Positions 17,915 to 28,378 of a stretch of 56,419 bases of DNA are shown piece by piece. The translations under genes and the position numbers were made by a program. The notes under the pieces are model-generated. The model saw nothing but the letters and a program-made list of their open reading frames with translations, did no database searches and was not told the DNA's origin. Each line of letters begins with the position of its first letter. The first letter of the stretch is position 1. Source of the DNA: a virus (taxonomy: Duplodnaviria > Caudoviricetes); the IMG/VR virus record IMGVR_UViG_3300006802_000112, positions 1-56,419 of that record; one strand, 5' to 3'.

Positions 17915-19285
17915 ATGTGGGAATTAAGAGACTATCAGAGGAGGGCTATTGATGAGGGCTTGAATTATCTTAATGGTTCTTATTCACAACCAGTTATAAT
18001 AACGCTTCCTACAGCAGCAGGTAAGAGCTTAGTTATAAGTAAATTAGCTAAAGAATGGGACAAACCATGTTTGGTATTGCAACCATCTAAGGAATTATTA
18101 GATCAGAATATAAAGAAGCTTATTGATTTCGGAGGAGATGCTACTATATATAGTGCTAGTGCTGGTGAAAAAGAATTGTCTAAGCTAACTTATGCAACTT
18201 TAGGTAGTATTAAGGATATAGCAGATAGGATAAAGAAAATGGGTGTTGATACTGTTTTAATAGATGAGGCACATAAAAGCTATTCTCCTGAGCCAGGTTC
18301 TATGTTTTATAAATTTATGAAAAAACTCGGTGCTAAAAAGGTAATTGGTTTTACAGCCACGCCATTTAGATTAAAGCAATATATGGAAGGCAGTAAATTG
18401 ATGATGCTACATAGGACTAGACCCTCTTTTTTCAAAAAGATGTTATTTACTGTTCAGGTAAAAGAAATGATTGATAATAAATTTTGGACCCCAATAAGGT
18501 ATTACGAACATGAGTTTGATGATAGTAAACTTGACCTAAACTCGACAGGTAGTGAATATACCCAAGAGTCTATTGATGAGGCTGTGTCTTCACAAAAGAT
18601 TAATGAGACAATGCTTGATATGACAAAGAAGTTGTTAGAGCAAGGTACAGCTAGAGGTATAATACTTTTTATAAATTCCGTATATAATGCAGAACTTATG
18701 GCTAAAAAACTAGGTAGTGATGCTGCTATAGTTCATGCTAAAACCCCTATTAAAGAAAGGGATAAAATGATAGAGGACTTTAAGAATGGTAAGATAAAAG
18801 TTATGTGTAATGTTAGTGTACTTACAACAGGTTTTGATTATCCAGAATTGACTCATATTATAATGGGTTATCCTACTAATTCTTTGAGTCTTTATTACCA
18901 AATAATAGGAAGAGTTACAAGAATAGCTGAAGGTAAGAGTAAGGCTTTCTTTATTGATTTATGTGGTAATGTAAAAAGATTTGGAAGGGTAGAGGATTTG
19001 GTTATAGAAAGTTATCCTGGTGAAGGTTGGGCAGTTTTTTCAGGAAATAAAATTTTAACAAATAAATATCTTAACACAGTAGATAAGACAAAATCCGATA
19101 TAGATAAATCAATAGGCGGTATAAAAATAGGTAAAACTTGGCCATGGGGAAAATTTAAGGGCAAACCTTTGGAGGATGCCCCTATCAACTACATAAAATT
19201 TATTTTATATAAAAGTGGTATGGATTTTAATGCTCCTCATATGTTTGAACTTAAAAGGAGCTTAGAATCAGTTTTAGCCAAATAA
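17915..19285 (+). CDS. Superfamily 2 DEAH helicase (YejH/UvsW-like)
   Basis: LRDYQ, PTAAGKS, DEAH, FTATP, LTTGFD, QIIGRVTR; C-terminal WGKFKG..L..AP..Y domain. Confidence 0.92.
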   Translation: MWELRDYQRRAIDEGLNYLNGSYSQPVIITLPTAAGKSLVISKLAKEWDKPCLVLQPSKELLDQNIKKLIDFGGDATIYSASAGEKELSKLTYATLGSIKDIADRIKKMGVDTVLIDEAHKSYSPEPGSMFYKFMKKLGAKKVIGFTATPFRLKQYMEGSKLMMLHRTRPSFFKKMLFTVQVKEMIDNKFWTPIRYYEHEFDDSKLDLNSTGSEYTQESIDEAVSSQKINETMLDMTKKLLEQGTARGIILFINSVYNAELMAKKLGSDAAIVHAKTPIKERDKMIEDFKNGKIKVMCNVSVLTTGFDYPELTHIIMGYPTNSLSLYYQIIGRVTRIAEGKSKAFFIDLCGNVKRFGRVEDLVIESYPGEGWAVFSGNKILTNKYLNTVDKTKSDIDKSIGGIKIGKTWPWGKFKGKPLEDAPINYIKFILYKSGMDFNAPHMFELKRSLESVLAK

Positions 19286-19286
19286 A

Positions 19287-20372
19287 TTAGAATTTCCCTT
19301 GCCTAGAAGCTAAAGTCCAATCAAGAATGTTTCTGTTGGCTCCAATAGTTAGAGTATCTACTATAACATTTGTTCCAGAATCGGCTTCAATATTAGCTAT
19401 GCCTTCATAAGATACATAACCTGTTGCACCAGCTCTAAAATGACATTGAACAGAATCTACTGAAATAAAAGTGCCATTTATTAAGGTAAAATCTCCTAGT
19501 AGTGTTCCTTCTGGCCCATCTAATTCAAGAGCATGGTCAGAGCCATCTATCTCAATCCAATTATCTAATGTACCAGACCAGCACTGATCAACATCATAAG
19601 AATCATCACCTGCATTCCATACAACTGTATTAGATACATTAACGTTTCCACCAAAAAACTCTATACCATCATCTTGGTTTCCAACTACCTCAATATTTTC
19701 AATTGTAGTACCATTACCAACTCCACCAAGTGTTAAGCCATTTATTTCGTTACCTTCTCCAATATTTGCTCCTCCATGACGAATTGATATATAACGTAAT
19801 ACACCTGAATTATCTGATGGATTATTACCTCCATATAAACCATTTTGGTCAGATGCTGGAATACCTTCAATTTGAACTGATAGAGCATCAGCTGAAATTG
19901 GTGCATTACCTAAAACAATTAACCCTCCCCACAATCCACTAAAATCAGGTTCCAAGTTAGGAGAAACAAATCCTCCCACTTCAATTTCATCAGCTATACT
20001 TGTAAAAATAATAGGATTTTCATAAGTTCCTTCAGCCATTAATTTAGCTCCTCTTGCAATGATTAAAGCTGTAGCATTGGCTCCTGTTCCTACTTCTCCT
20101 TTAATAATTGTTCCAGGTTCAATAGTTAAAGTTACACCACTTAAAACTGTAACCCTACCTCCTAAAATCCAAATTTTGTCAGAAGTTAAAGTGGTATTCT
20201 CTGAAATATTACCAATTAAATAATTTTCTTCTGGGGAATCATATTCACATGTTCCATTATCTTTCTTAGCCTCTTCGTTGTAGTTGTTTGCTAAAGGGTC
20301 AGTACATCCTTCTTTCTTACAAGAAGAAAATAATAAAGATAAAATTGCTATACTTAAAATAATTTTTTTCAT
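19287..20372 (-). CDS. Bacteroidota-type beta-helix lipoprotein
   Basis: Lipobox LFSSC followed by KKE; GCTDP..NNYN..A..DNGTC repeat; WGGLIVLG, NSGVLRYISIRHGG, EINGLTLGGVG, NQDDGIEFFGG. Confidence 0.8.
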   Translation of the reverse strand: MKKIILSIAILSLLFSSCKKEGCTDPLANNYNEEAKKDNGTCEYDSPEENYLIGNISENTTLTSDKIWILGGRVTVLSGVTLTIEPGTIIKGEVGTGANATALIIARGAKLMAEGTYENPIIFTSIADEIEVGGFVSPNLEPDFSGLWGGLIVLGNAPISADALSVQIEGIPASDQNGLYGGNNPSDNSGVLRYISIRHGGANIGEGNEINGLTLGGVGNGTTIENIEVVGNQDDGIEFFGGNVNVSNTVVWNAGDDSYDVDQCWSGTLDNWIEIDGSDHALELDGPEGTLLGDFTLINGTFISVDSVQCHFRAGATGYVSYEGIANIEADSGTNVIVDTLTIGANRNILDWTLASRQGKF

Positions 20373-20716
20373 TATATAGGGGATTCTTGAACTACTACTT
20401 TTGATTTCATTAATTCAACAAAATCATTTATCATTTCTTGTGTTATACCATCCATTGAGTTATAATCTAACTTTTGTTCTGTAGTCTCTAGTACTAAAGA
20501 TAGTGATATATAGTCTAAAGCTATATTTTCTGGATAATTTTCAATTAATACAGAGTAACTATCTCCCAATAGAGCAAAAAAATTAGAACAAATATCTAAC
20601 TCATTATCAGAGGCATTATTTAAATCTAAAATAAAAAATCCTCCATCTGCTGTAGATCCATTAACTTGATTAAAATCTACTAAGCTACTTTTTCCTTGAA
20701 GTATACTAATTGCCAT
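20372..20716 (-). CDS. Hypothetical acidic protein (possible spike chaperone/partner)
   Basis: 114 aa, directly downstream of the beta-helix protein. Confidence 0.55.
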   Translation of the reverse strand: MAISILQGKSSLVDFNQVNGSTADGGFFILDLNNASDNELDICSNFFALLGDSYSVLIENYPENIALDYISLSLVLETTEQKLDYNSMDGITQEMINDFVELMKSKVVVQESPI

Positions 20717-20717
20717 A

Positions 20718-22256
20718 TTAAATAAAGTTTGGTGTTATTAAATTTGTATCAACTATTAAACCTGTAGGTGATAATACATCTGTCACATTGGCAGCATCTA
20801 AAGGTTTAGTTGATCTTGTATTATGTATTTGTGTATTTATTCCAGGTACAAATCCAAGAATAAAAAATCCTGTAGTATTTGCTCCAGAATATAAACAATT
20901 ATAGAAATATGATTCACATGTAGTTGTTTGCATAGATACTGCTGAATTGTTTGTACCTCCGCTGTAGAATAAGCAATCTTGGAAGTATGCTTTTGCGGTA
21001 GTTGTTAAAAATGCAACAGATTCTAGAGGAAGACCTACATTTGTATTTATTAATGTTGAATTTTTAAATATTGTAGTTCCTCTAGTAAGTACTACAGCTG
21101 CATAATCAGAGATAATGTTTCCATTCATTTTTATTGTTGGATTACCTCCGTTTGTACCTATATACATACCTCTATTTGCCCCTCCATAAATATTACCATT
21201 TATTTCTATAGTTCCATTTCCAGCATTAGTATTAAATGCTGCTGATATACCTCCATTGTAAGCTGGTTCTTCGTTAATTAAATCACCATTAAATTTTATA
21301 GTACTGTTAGCTCCCCATGAATCAACTTGTATAACCATTTCAAAATTACCAGTATTATTACTATTTGCTGATAAATAATTTTCTGGACAGTTTACAATTA
21401 TATCTTTTTCTCCTAATCTAAAATTATATGTTCTAGACCATCCTCTAATATAATTTTTTATATTAATTATAGATCTACCTCCATAACCTCTTACAGATAG
21501 ACCACTACTATTATTATAAGATTTTGTTTCTATTTTATTACATGAAAACGTAAAATTAGAATTGTTTCCACCATCAAATACAGCACAAGAGCTTGAATCT
21601 ATTCTATCCATTTCTATATAGATATCTGTATTAGCTCCTGTTAAAAAGATAAAAGGTTGTTTTCCTGTTATAGGTTCATCTGAGTCATCAAAAATAGCAT
21701 GACCAAACATTCTCATTTCTAGTGAGCCATCTTGATCAGCAAAAAATTGACTAGTAATTGTAACACTACCTTTAAATATTACACCAGGCATGCAGTAAAA
21801 ATCTATATAGTTTTTAATAGCTAAATTTTCAGCTTCATATATTCCAGGTTTAAAAATTACTAAAGCTCTATTGTATTTAGTAAGTGGACCATTTTCAGCT
21901 TCCCATGCAAATATTTTTCCAAGAACTCTTTCTTCACTAGGACTTGTTCCGCCTTGACCACCAGCATATCTCTGAAATGGTTTGTCTGTTCTACCAAATT
22001 CTGCTGTTAAGTCATCTCCTTGTTCAGGATCAACTACAGCTACACGATTTTCATACAAACCTGCAAATTCAGAACCACCTCCTGGTGTAAAGCCTTCTAA
22101 TTCAGATGCTATTTTTGTATCTACATAAGAAACAACTTCATCTGATAACTCATCTAAATCAACAAATCTAGGAAATCTATTGTATTTATTTGTTTTACCA
22201 TATCTAAGCCTAGGTATTCTATTCCCATCTCTGTCTTCAACTTCGTCTATTGCCAT
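20718..22256 (-). CDS. Beta-helix tail spike / receptor-binding-like protein
   Basis: VVDP..GDD...KPF and IFKPGIY entry motifs followed by N/G/T/I-rich beta-solenoid rungs. Confidence 0.6.
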   Translation of the reverse strand: MAIDEVEDRDGNRIPRLRYGKTNKYNRFPRFVDLDELSDEVVSYVDTKIASELEGFTPGGGSEFAGLYENRVAVVDPEQGDDLTAEFGRTDKPFQRYAGGQGGTSPSEERVLGKIFAWEAENGPLTKYNRALVIFKPGIYEAENLAIKNYIDFYCMPGVIFKGSVTITSQFFADQDGSLEMRMFGHAIFDDSDEPITGKQPFIFLTGANTDIYIEMDRIDSSSCAVFDGGNNSNFTFSCNKIETKSYNNSSGLSVRGYGGRSIINIKNYIRGWSRTYNFRLGEKDIIVNCPENYLSANSNNTGNFEMVIQVDSWGANSTIKFNGDLINEEPAYNGGISAAFNTNAGNGTIEINGNIYGGANRGMYIGTNGGNPTIKMNGNIISDYAAVVLTRGTTIFKNSTLINTNVGLPLESVAFLTTTAKAYFQDCLFYSGGTNNSAVSMQTTTCESYFYNCLYSGANTTGFFILGFVPGINTQIHNTRSTKPLDAANVTDVLSPTGLIVDTNLITPNFI

Positions 22257-22267
22257 TTTAAAATAAT

Positions 22268-22387
22268 TTATTTTGTTATATGATTTAATTTATGCTTTTC
22301 CTTTCTTGTGTACTTCTTTTTATTAATATACACATTTGGACGAGTTGCGTTTTTTATTTCTTGATATGTTACTTGGATTTTCTCCAT
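22268..22387 (-). CDS. ArfA-like small basic peptide (39 aa, not in ORF track)
   Basis: MEKIQVTYQEIKNATRPNVYINKKKYTRKEKHKLNHITK; R..V..NKK..Y.RK.KH pattern. Confidence 0.6.
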   Translation of the reverse strand: MEKIQVTYQEIKNATRPNVYINKKKYTRKEKHKLNHITK

Positions 22388-22539
22388 TTACTTGCCTCTA
22401 TAGCTCTGCCTTGTTTTGATGCTTTACTTTTAGCTGACTCCCTTGATTTAGAGTTACCACAAGTATAATGATATTTTTTACCAGATTTACCATACCTAGC
22501 AAAACATCCTTTAGTATCTTTACCTGTTTGTACTGGCAT
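22369..22539 (-). CDS. Small basic protein (56 aa, not in ORF track)
   Basis: MPVQTGKDTKGCFARYGKSGKKYHYTCGNSKSRESAKSKASKQGRAIEASKWRKSK; ATG 2 nt after the upstream stop. Confidence 0.65.
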   Translation of the reverse strand: MPVQTGKDTKGCFARYGKSGKKYHYTCGNSKSRESAKSKASKQGRAIEASKWRKSK

Positions 22540-22541
22540 TG

Positions 22542-25500
22542 TTAATCCGCTAAGTTAAATAATGTTTTCTGATTAAAGTGTTTATAGGAGTTGATTTGTT
22601 TATCTAAATCTCCCAATTGTTGTTTCCTTTTGAGTATAGTATTTTTTCTTAATTTCTTAGAAAATTCCCACTCTCCAGTTTCTTCATCAACATAGAATAA
22701 ACTACCAACTAGGGATATGGGCTCTATAGCTTCTATGGTTCGTATAGCTACAAGAGGAGATTTTGCTTTAGCAATTAATTCTCTAGGTATACCAAGAAGA
22801 GTTGTTGTATTATATTCTGATACTGTTCTTAAATATGTATATTTAGCAAAATCCTCTACAAATGTGTTATCTTCGTCATCATCTCCATCGTCTAATGAGA
22901 AAATTAATTCACCAAGAAGAAGTAATACTCCCATCAAACCAAATTCATAAACTGATCTTCTTACATTTGTTTTTTGGTCCTCTTTTAATCCTTTAAATAC
23001 TTCTCTTATTCCTTTATAATCATTTTTTCTTATCCCAGAAATATATTCACCAATTAAACCGAACAAAGATGTATAATGACCCTCCTCAAATTTATTTAAA
23101 TCAAAATTATATTGTCTACCTTTAAATCTCTTAGTTAATAATATTGGTAACCAACCAGAGTGCATCATTACGGTATTCAAAAGAACATTTCTTTGAGCCA
23201 TTGTTTGGTCTATCTCATTAATTACACCATCAGCTCTTTCATTTATCTGTCTTGTTCTTCTAGATATTTCTTTAGATATTTTTTTAAATTCCTCTTGTGG
23301 ATTTTGAAATTTATCAGCAAATTTAGAATTATATTTAACTGCTCTATCTGTAATCTCTATGTTATCGTATAAAGAATCTTTAGCATATTTTTTCCACCTA
23401 CTTTCAATTCCTTTCCGGCTAATTGATTCATCTTCAAGCATCATCTTTCTTTTGAACTCGTTAAAATCCATAAACTTACCATCAACAAATCTAGTATCCA
23501 TTAAAGTGAGTACTAAATTCCTTTGAGTAATAGGAACGTTTGCTAATTTTGATAAGGAATAAGCTGATCTACCCAAAAAACGCATAGTCCTAGAGAAAGA
23601 AGAATTTTCTATCTTTGTTCTAAAGTCTGATAACCCAAAATGTTCTGTAAGTAAGAATATTTTAGATTTTTTATCTACTACGCCAGATTCTTTAATATAA
23701 TCGCCCATTAATTTACTTGTAACTGAGAAAGCTCTATTAGCTGAATCTGGACTATATAAATCTTTTGCTAACCTATCTGTGAAGTTAGTTAGTACACCAG
23801 TTGCTGCTGATGTAGCATCTACTATTGGGTTAAATGCTAAGTTTGAAAATCTAACAAATCCTTGGAAAGCATTTATTACACTTGTGAAGTCAACTTTTCG
23901 GCCTAAAATACTAGTTGTCATATTTAGGCTTTGGGTGATTCCATACAAATGATAATCATTAAATTGTTTTATAAACTTGTAATAATTTGATGCTTGTCCT
24001 TTTTTACCAATTTTTAATCTACCAGATACCCCACCTCTTTTTTTAAATTTTTGTTGTGATATTTGATACTGTATAGCTATTAAATCTCTTTCTAATCTAA
24101 CTCTTTCTTTGTATATATTAGATTGTTTGAAATTTAGAAGAGCAGCTTGAATAACATTATTAGATTGCTCTTCTTGAGTTTTTAATTTTTGTTGAAAATA
24201 TTTTGGTATTACGTTAATACCTAATTCTTCAGATAAATTACCTAAACCTTCTATTTGTTCACCATACGTTTTTTCATCAACTCTGTTTGTTAATAAATCC
24301 TTAATTGCATCTTTTGTTGTTGAAATAGCCTTTGTTGATGCTAAACCTGTAATCTTTTCTAATTGAGTTAAAGACATTTGAGGTCTCATATATGGGTTAA
24401 CACTTCCAACATCTTTATGATTTTCAATAGTCATCTCATTAAGTAGAATCATTTGTTTTAACAAATCAAATTCTTCTTTGTTTTTTGTTGCAACTAAACC
24501 TTCTATCCCACTTGTTTCACTATTTATATAATCTTCTTTTTTAATACCATATCTTTCAAAGAATTCATCATTAAGATATTTAGATAATAAAGGTTTTTCG
24601 TAGTAACCATCTTTTTTGTAATTTTTATTTACAAACTCTGCTTTATTAACATCTTGAAGCCATGTATAATCAGGGGTTATCTCTATAAATTCTAAAGCTG
24701 GATACTTTTCTATTAAGCTTTCTTTTTTAGTTTGATCAAATAAGTCAGATGCTTTTATTTTACCACTTTTAATATCGTTAATAACAGTTGTGTATCCAAC
24801 AGGCTCAAATCTTTGGAAATAACTACTTACATTTGCTTTAGCGTACTCGTCTTTAAGTATTTGGATAATCTCATTATTGGTTTTATCTCTTAACTTTCCG
24901 CTAGTGTACATATCATCTATGAAGCTTTCAAAACCTGGCTTTATTCTTGATCTCTTACCTCTTATGATATCTTCTACTTGATAGCCAAACTCTCTAACCC
25001 TTCTCTTTTTCTCTTCAGGCATATGCTCTAAAGCAAAATCAAATAGTGTTTCCCCAGATTCTTCTAACATCATATAAAAATCATCCGTAAGAACTCTAAC
25101 TGTTTGAGCCATTTCGAACTCCTCTTCAAAAAACTCTTTTGGAAGCTCTAATGCTCTTCTAGTAATTATAATTTCATTTTCTATTTCACGAATAGCTTTC
25201 TGTGTTTTGCCATCCATGTTATAGGCATCAGTATTTATTTTTTCTTTGTTATCTCTATTTTGTCTTAGAAGTGCTTTTCTTTTTCTTTGTAGTTCAGTAT
25301 ATTCATCTAATAAATCTTGTTTTTGTCTTTTTTCAGATGGGTCTTCAATCCTATCTACAAATCTTTTTACTCTAGCATCAAATGTTTCTGTTTCACCTAA
25401 TGTTTCATAAAATCTATCATTTAAACCTATTGATGAATTAGATAACATCCAACTAGAAGAATTTCCAAATTTTCTTTCTTGCTCAAGTAATTTTTCTTTA

Positions 25501-28352
25501 AAAGCTAAAGATGCATTTGAAGACTTTTCTTCTGTTCTTAGCATCTCTCGATATATCATATTTAAATTTGACATATCTAAGGCTAATCTAGAATCATCTA
25601 ACAAGTTTTCTTTAGTCATACCTTCGGCTAATGTTATAATATCGCCTGTGTACCCACTATCAACTTTATATGGTAAAGCATCTTTTTCTTCCTGTGTTAA
25701 TTCAGTATATTTAACTACTCTTAGTCCTTCTTTTAGATTTCCATACTCATCATAAGCATCTCTAAATTGTCTAAACTCTCTTAACATATCTAGCTCTGCT
25801 ATTCTTTCTCCTTCTGTTTGAGAGCTTTTATCTATAGTTCCATCTGGCTTTCTAAACTTTCTATTCTCAGCAAATCTTCGACTACTCATGTTTTTTAATA
25901 CAGTCCTTGTGTAGTCTGATAGACCTGCTCTATCATATACTTCTTTCTTTTGTCTTTCGTATTCTTCTGTCATTGGCTTTTCTCTTAAAGCCTTTTTTGC
26001 TTCAGAAAACTTATCTCTAAATTCTGTTAGTTTAGAATCGTTGTTTAGAATCTCTTTTACTGTTTCTTTATTATCTCTTCTCTTTTTTATTTCTTTAGGA
26101 TCGACCTCTAATATTTCTGCTAATATTTTTACACGTTCAGCTTCCAAGTCCTCATCATACTTAACCCAATTTATAGGTGAAATATAGTAATAAGAATTTT
26201 TACCATCACTTGTCTTCATTACAATATTTTGTTGATATTTTTGAAGACCTCTTTCGTATATATTTCTAATTATTGGATTTGCTACTGAAATTGTTTCCTC
26301 ATTAGCTGTATCGTATAATTCTTGAGCTTTTGCTGTTGCTAATCCAATTAAAGCATTATTCATATTAGTGGCAAGACCAAAAGTGGAGGAAAAGAAGGTT
26401 AAATCAACCATTCCACCCTCTACTTGAGCTAAAACTTGATTTTTCTCTTCTTCAGTTAATGACCTGCCCTCTATCTTTTCTTCAACTAATTGTCTAACAT
26501 ATGCCTTATTATCTGTTTCCATTTTTGGAGTAACTCGGCTATGCTTAGAATCTACTTCTTCAATAGATTTAATTGTATCCTTTATTTTTTTCTTTATTAA
26601 GGCATCCCCTTTATAATCTATTTTTTCTAGCTTTAGTCTTGCAGAACGTAGTAAAGGCATTATGTTGGAATCTAATGCTAATAAAGTTATTGAATCAGTT
26701 GTAGAAAATAATTCATTATTTTTTTCTGATTCCGCTATGTTTTTAGCTACTTGATTTTCTAGTGTATTTGCTGTTGCTATTATGGTAGATAAGGAGCTTA
26801 GTATGTCAGACGTTGTCATATCATCGTGTATCTTATCTAACTTAGATTGATTAGGTACTGGTTTATTAAGTATTTGTGTGTGTAAATCTGTTAAAGTTCT
26901 TCTTAATGCTTGTAACTCAGAATCCAAATTAGCTGGGTCCTCTTCTGTTGCATTATAGAAAAAATCTAAACTAGAAAAATCAACATTAAAATCAGTTATA
27001 TTATCATTTAATATACTTTGAGCAATTTTCCTGTTAAGGTCATTTATTACTTGTCTATTATAATCACTTGACCTTCCTAATAACCAATTTGTAAAAGTAT
27101 TCCAAAGGTTTCTTAGTTTTTGTGTTAAAGTTACCTTTTCCTCTGTTTTTCCTTGCTCTAAAAACTGTTCTTTTATTTCTCTTGCTAATACTTTACCTAA
27201 AACTTCTTTCCTAACCTGATCTTCTAATTTATCCCCTTGATAAATGGGATTGCCATTTTCATCCTTTTGTTTGCCATATAGGTCTCTATAGTATTCTGAA
27301 TACTCTTTATATTCTTGTGTAAGATGTACATTTGCTAGAGCAGTTATAATACTATTTTGCTCATTGTAAGAAGCAATAGCTATGTGTGCTACTTCTTCTG
27401 TTAAGTCATCAGTTATATCTCTACCCTCTGATAAAGCTACAACTTTATTTGCTAAATCGGCTATAGCGTTTATATCTGGGTCTTTTCCGTATTTTGTTTT
27501 ATAATTTTTTCTATATTCCTCTAATGTTGTTGTAGAGAATCCCATTCTCTCTAAGAATGAAAATAATGAAGCTTTTATATTATTTACTTCCTCTGGATTT
27601 GAATCCTTTTTTTGACCAGCTTTTAATGGTCTTGGGTTAATAAATTTAGCTTTATATCTAGATATTAAAGAATATGAATTTATAAAGTTGTTATCTTTTA
27701 TTTTTTGAGGTATATCCGCATCTCTAAATACTTCTATTGTCCCATCTTCCCTAACACCAACTACATAGTCTTTTGGGGATGGCATTTCTATTTCACCATC
27801 TTTGTTCACATAGACATTACCCATACCCATTTCAACCATTGCTTCGAACATAAAACCTTTGGCCATTGTTTTTTGGGTAGTTCTAAAATTACCTTTACCT
27901 TTTAATCTTGTAGAGTTATCTTCTTTTACCACTTTTTTAGGTGATAAAAATCCTTGTTCAATTTGAGAAACAATAAAGCTATTCATTGTTCCTTTTGAAA
28001 TATCAAACTTAGCCTTTGGTAAAAATATATCGTTTTTTGGATGTTTAAAACCAATTGTTACTGGTCCTTTTTGACCATCTAATATTAAACTCTCTATATC
28101 TTCAAAGACCTCTCCTTTACTATCTTGATAAAATACTTTTGGTTCTTTTGTATCATATACATTATTCTCAGCATCTTGGAATAATTTTTCCATGCTATCT
28201 GTATAAGAACTAGTCAATACATTAGCAGCTAAATCATTAGTTCCTACAAATACATTTGTTTGTATTTCTTCGAATAACTTAGATTTCTGCCCATTTGGAG
28301 CAAGAACTTCAGTTATGTTATTATTTGAATCTCTTTTAATTGAACAAGCCAT
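22542..28352 (-). CDS. Giant putative ejection/cargo protein (1936 aa) with degenerate zincin domain
   Basis: EEVAH in place of HExxH (27384-27398); largely helical; C-terminal hydrophobic FGLMGVLLLLGELIFSL; only Cys is residue 3. Confidence 0.7.
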   Translation of the reverse strand: MACSIKRDSNNNITEVLAPNGQKSKLFEEIQTNVFVGTNDLAANVLTSSYTDSMEKLFQDAENNVYDTKEPKVFYQDSKGEVFEDIESLILDGQKGPVTIGFKHPKNDIFLPKAKFDISKGTMNSFIVSQIEQGFLSPKKVVKEDNSTRLKGKGNFRTTQKTMAKGFMFEAMVEMGMGNVYVNKDGEIEMPSPKDYVVGVREDGTIEVFRDADIPQKIKDNNFINSYSLISRYKAKFINPRPLKAGQKKDSNPEEVNNIKASLFSFLERMGFSTTTLEEYRKNYKTKYGKDPDINAIADLANKVVALSEGRDITDDLTEEVAHIAIASYNEQNSIITALANVHLTQEYKEYSEYYRDLYGKQKDENGNPIYQGDKLEDQVRKEVLGKVLAREIKEQFLEQGKTEEKVTLTQKLRNLWNTFTNWLLGRSSDYNRQVINDLNRKIAQSILNDNITDFNVDFSSLDFFYNATEEDPANLDSELQALRRTLTDLHTQILNKPVPNQSKLDKIHDDMTTSDILSSLSTIIATANTLENQVAKNIAESEKNNELFSTTDSITLLALDSNIMPLLRSARLKLEKIDYKGDALIKKKIKDTIKSIEEVDSKHSRVTPKMETDNKAYVRQLVEEKIEGRSLTEEEKNQVLAQVEGGMVDLTFFSSTFGLATNMNNALIGLATAKAQELYDTANEETISVANPIIRNIYERGLQKYQQNIVMKTSDGKNSYYYISPINWVKYDEDLEAERVKILAEILEVDPKEIKKRRDNKETVKEILNNDSKLTEFRDKFSEAKKALREKPMTEEYERQKKEVYDRAGLSDYTRTVLKNMSSRRFAENRKFRKPDGTIDKSSQTEGERIAELDMLREFRQFRDAYDEYGNLKEGLRVVKYTELTQEEKDALPYKVDSGYTGDIITLAEGMTKENLLDDSRLALDMSNLNMIYREMLRTEEKSSNASLAFKEKLLEQERKFGNSSSWMLSNSSIGLNDRFYETLGETETFDARVKRFVDRIEDPSEKRQKQDLLDEYTELQRKRKALLRQNRDNKEKINTDAYNMDGKTQKAIREIENEIIITRRALELPKEFFEEEFEMAQTVRVLTDDFYMMLEESGETLFDFALEHMPEEKKRRVREFGYQVEDIIRGKRSRIKPGFESFIDDMYTSGKLRDKTNNEIIQILKDEYAKANVSSYFQRFEPVGYTTVINDIKSGKIKASDLFDQTKKESLIEKYPALEFIEITPDYTWLQDVNKAEFVNKNYKKDGYYEKPLLSKYLNDEFFERYGIKKEDYINSETSGIEGLVATKNKEEFDLLKQMILLNEMTIENHKDVGSVNPYMRPQMSLTQLEKITGLASTKAISTTKDAIKDLLTNRVDEKTYGEQIEGLGNLSEELGINVIPKYFQQKLKTQEEQSNNVIQAALLNFKQSNIYKERVRLERDLIAIQYQISQQKFKKRGGVSGRLKIGKKGQASNYYKFIKQFNDYHLYGITQSLNMTTSILGRKVDFTSVINAFQGFVRFSNLAFNPIVDATSAATGVLTNFTDRLAKDLYSPDSANRAFSVTSKLMGDYIKESGVVDKKSKIFLLTEHFGLSDFRTKIENSSFSRTMRFLGRSAYSLSKLANVPITQRNLVLTLMDTRFVDGKFMDFNEFKRKMMLEDESISRKGIESRWKKYAKDSLYDNIEITDRAVKYNSKFADKFQNPQEEFKKISKEISRRTRQINERADGVINEIDQTMAQRNVLLNTVMMHSGWLPILLTKRFKGRQYNFDLNKFEEGHYTSLFGLIGEYISGIRKNDYKGIREVFKGLKEDQKTNVRRSVYEFGLMGVLLLLGELIFSLDDGDDDEDNTFVEDFAKYTYLRTVSEYNTTTLLGIPRELIAKAKSPLVAIRTIEAIEPISLVGSLFYVDEETGEWEFSKKLRKNTILKRKQQLGDLDKQINSYKHFNQKTLFNLAD

Positions 28353-28378
28353 ATTCTATTATCTATTTTTTTTGGTTT

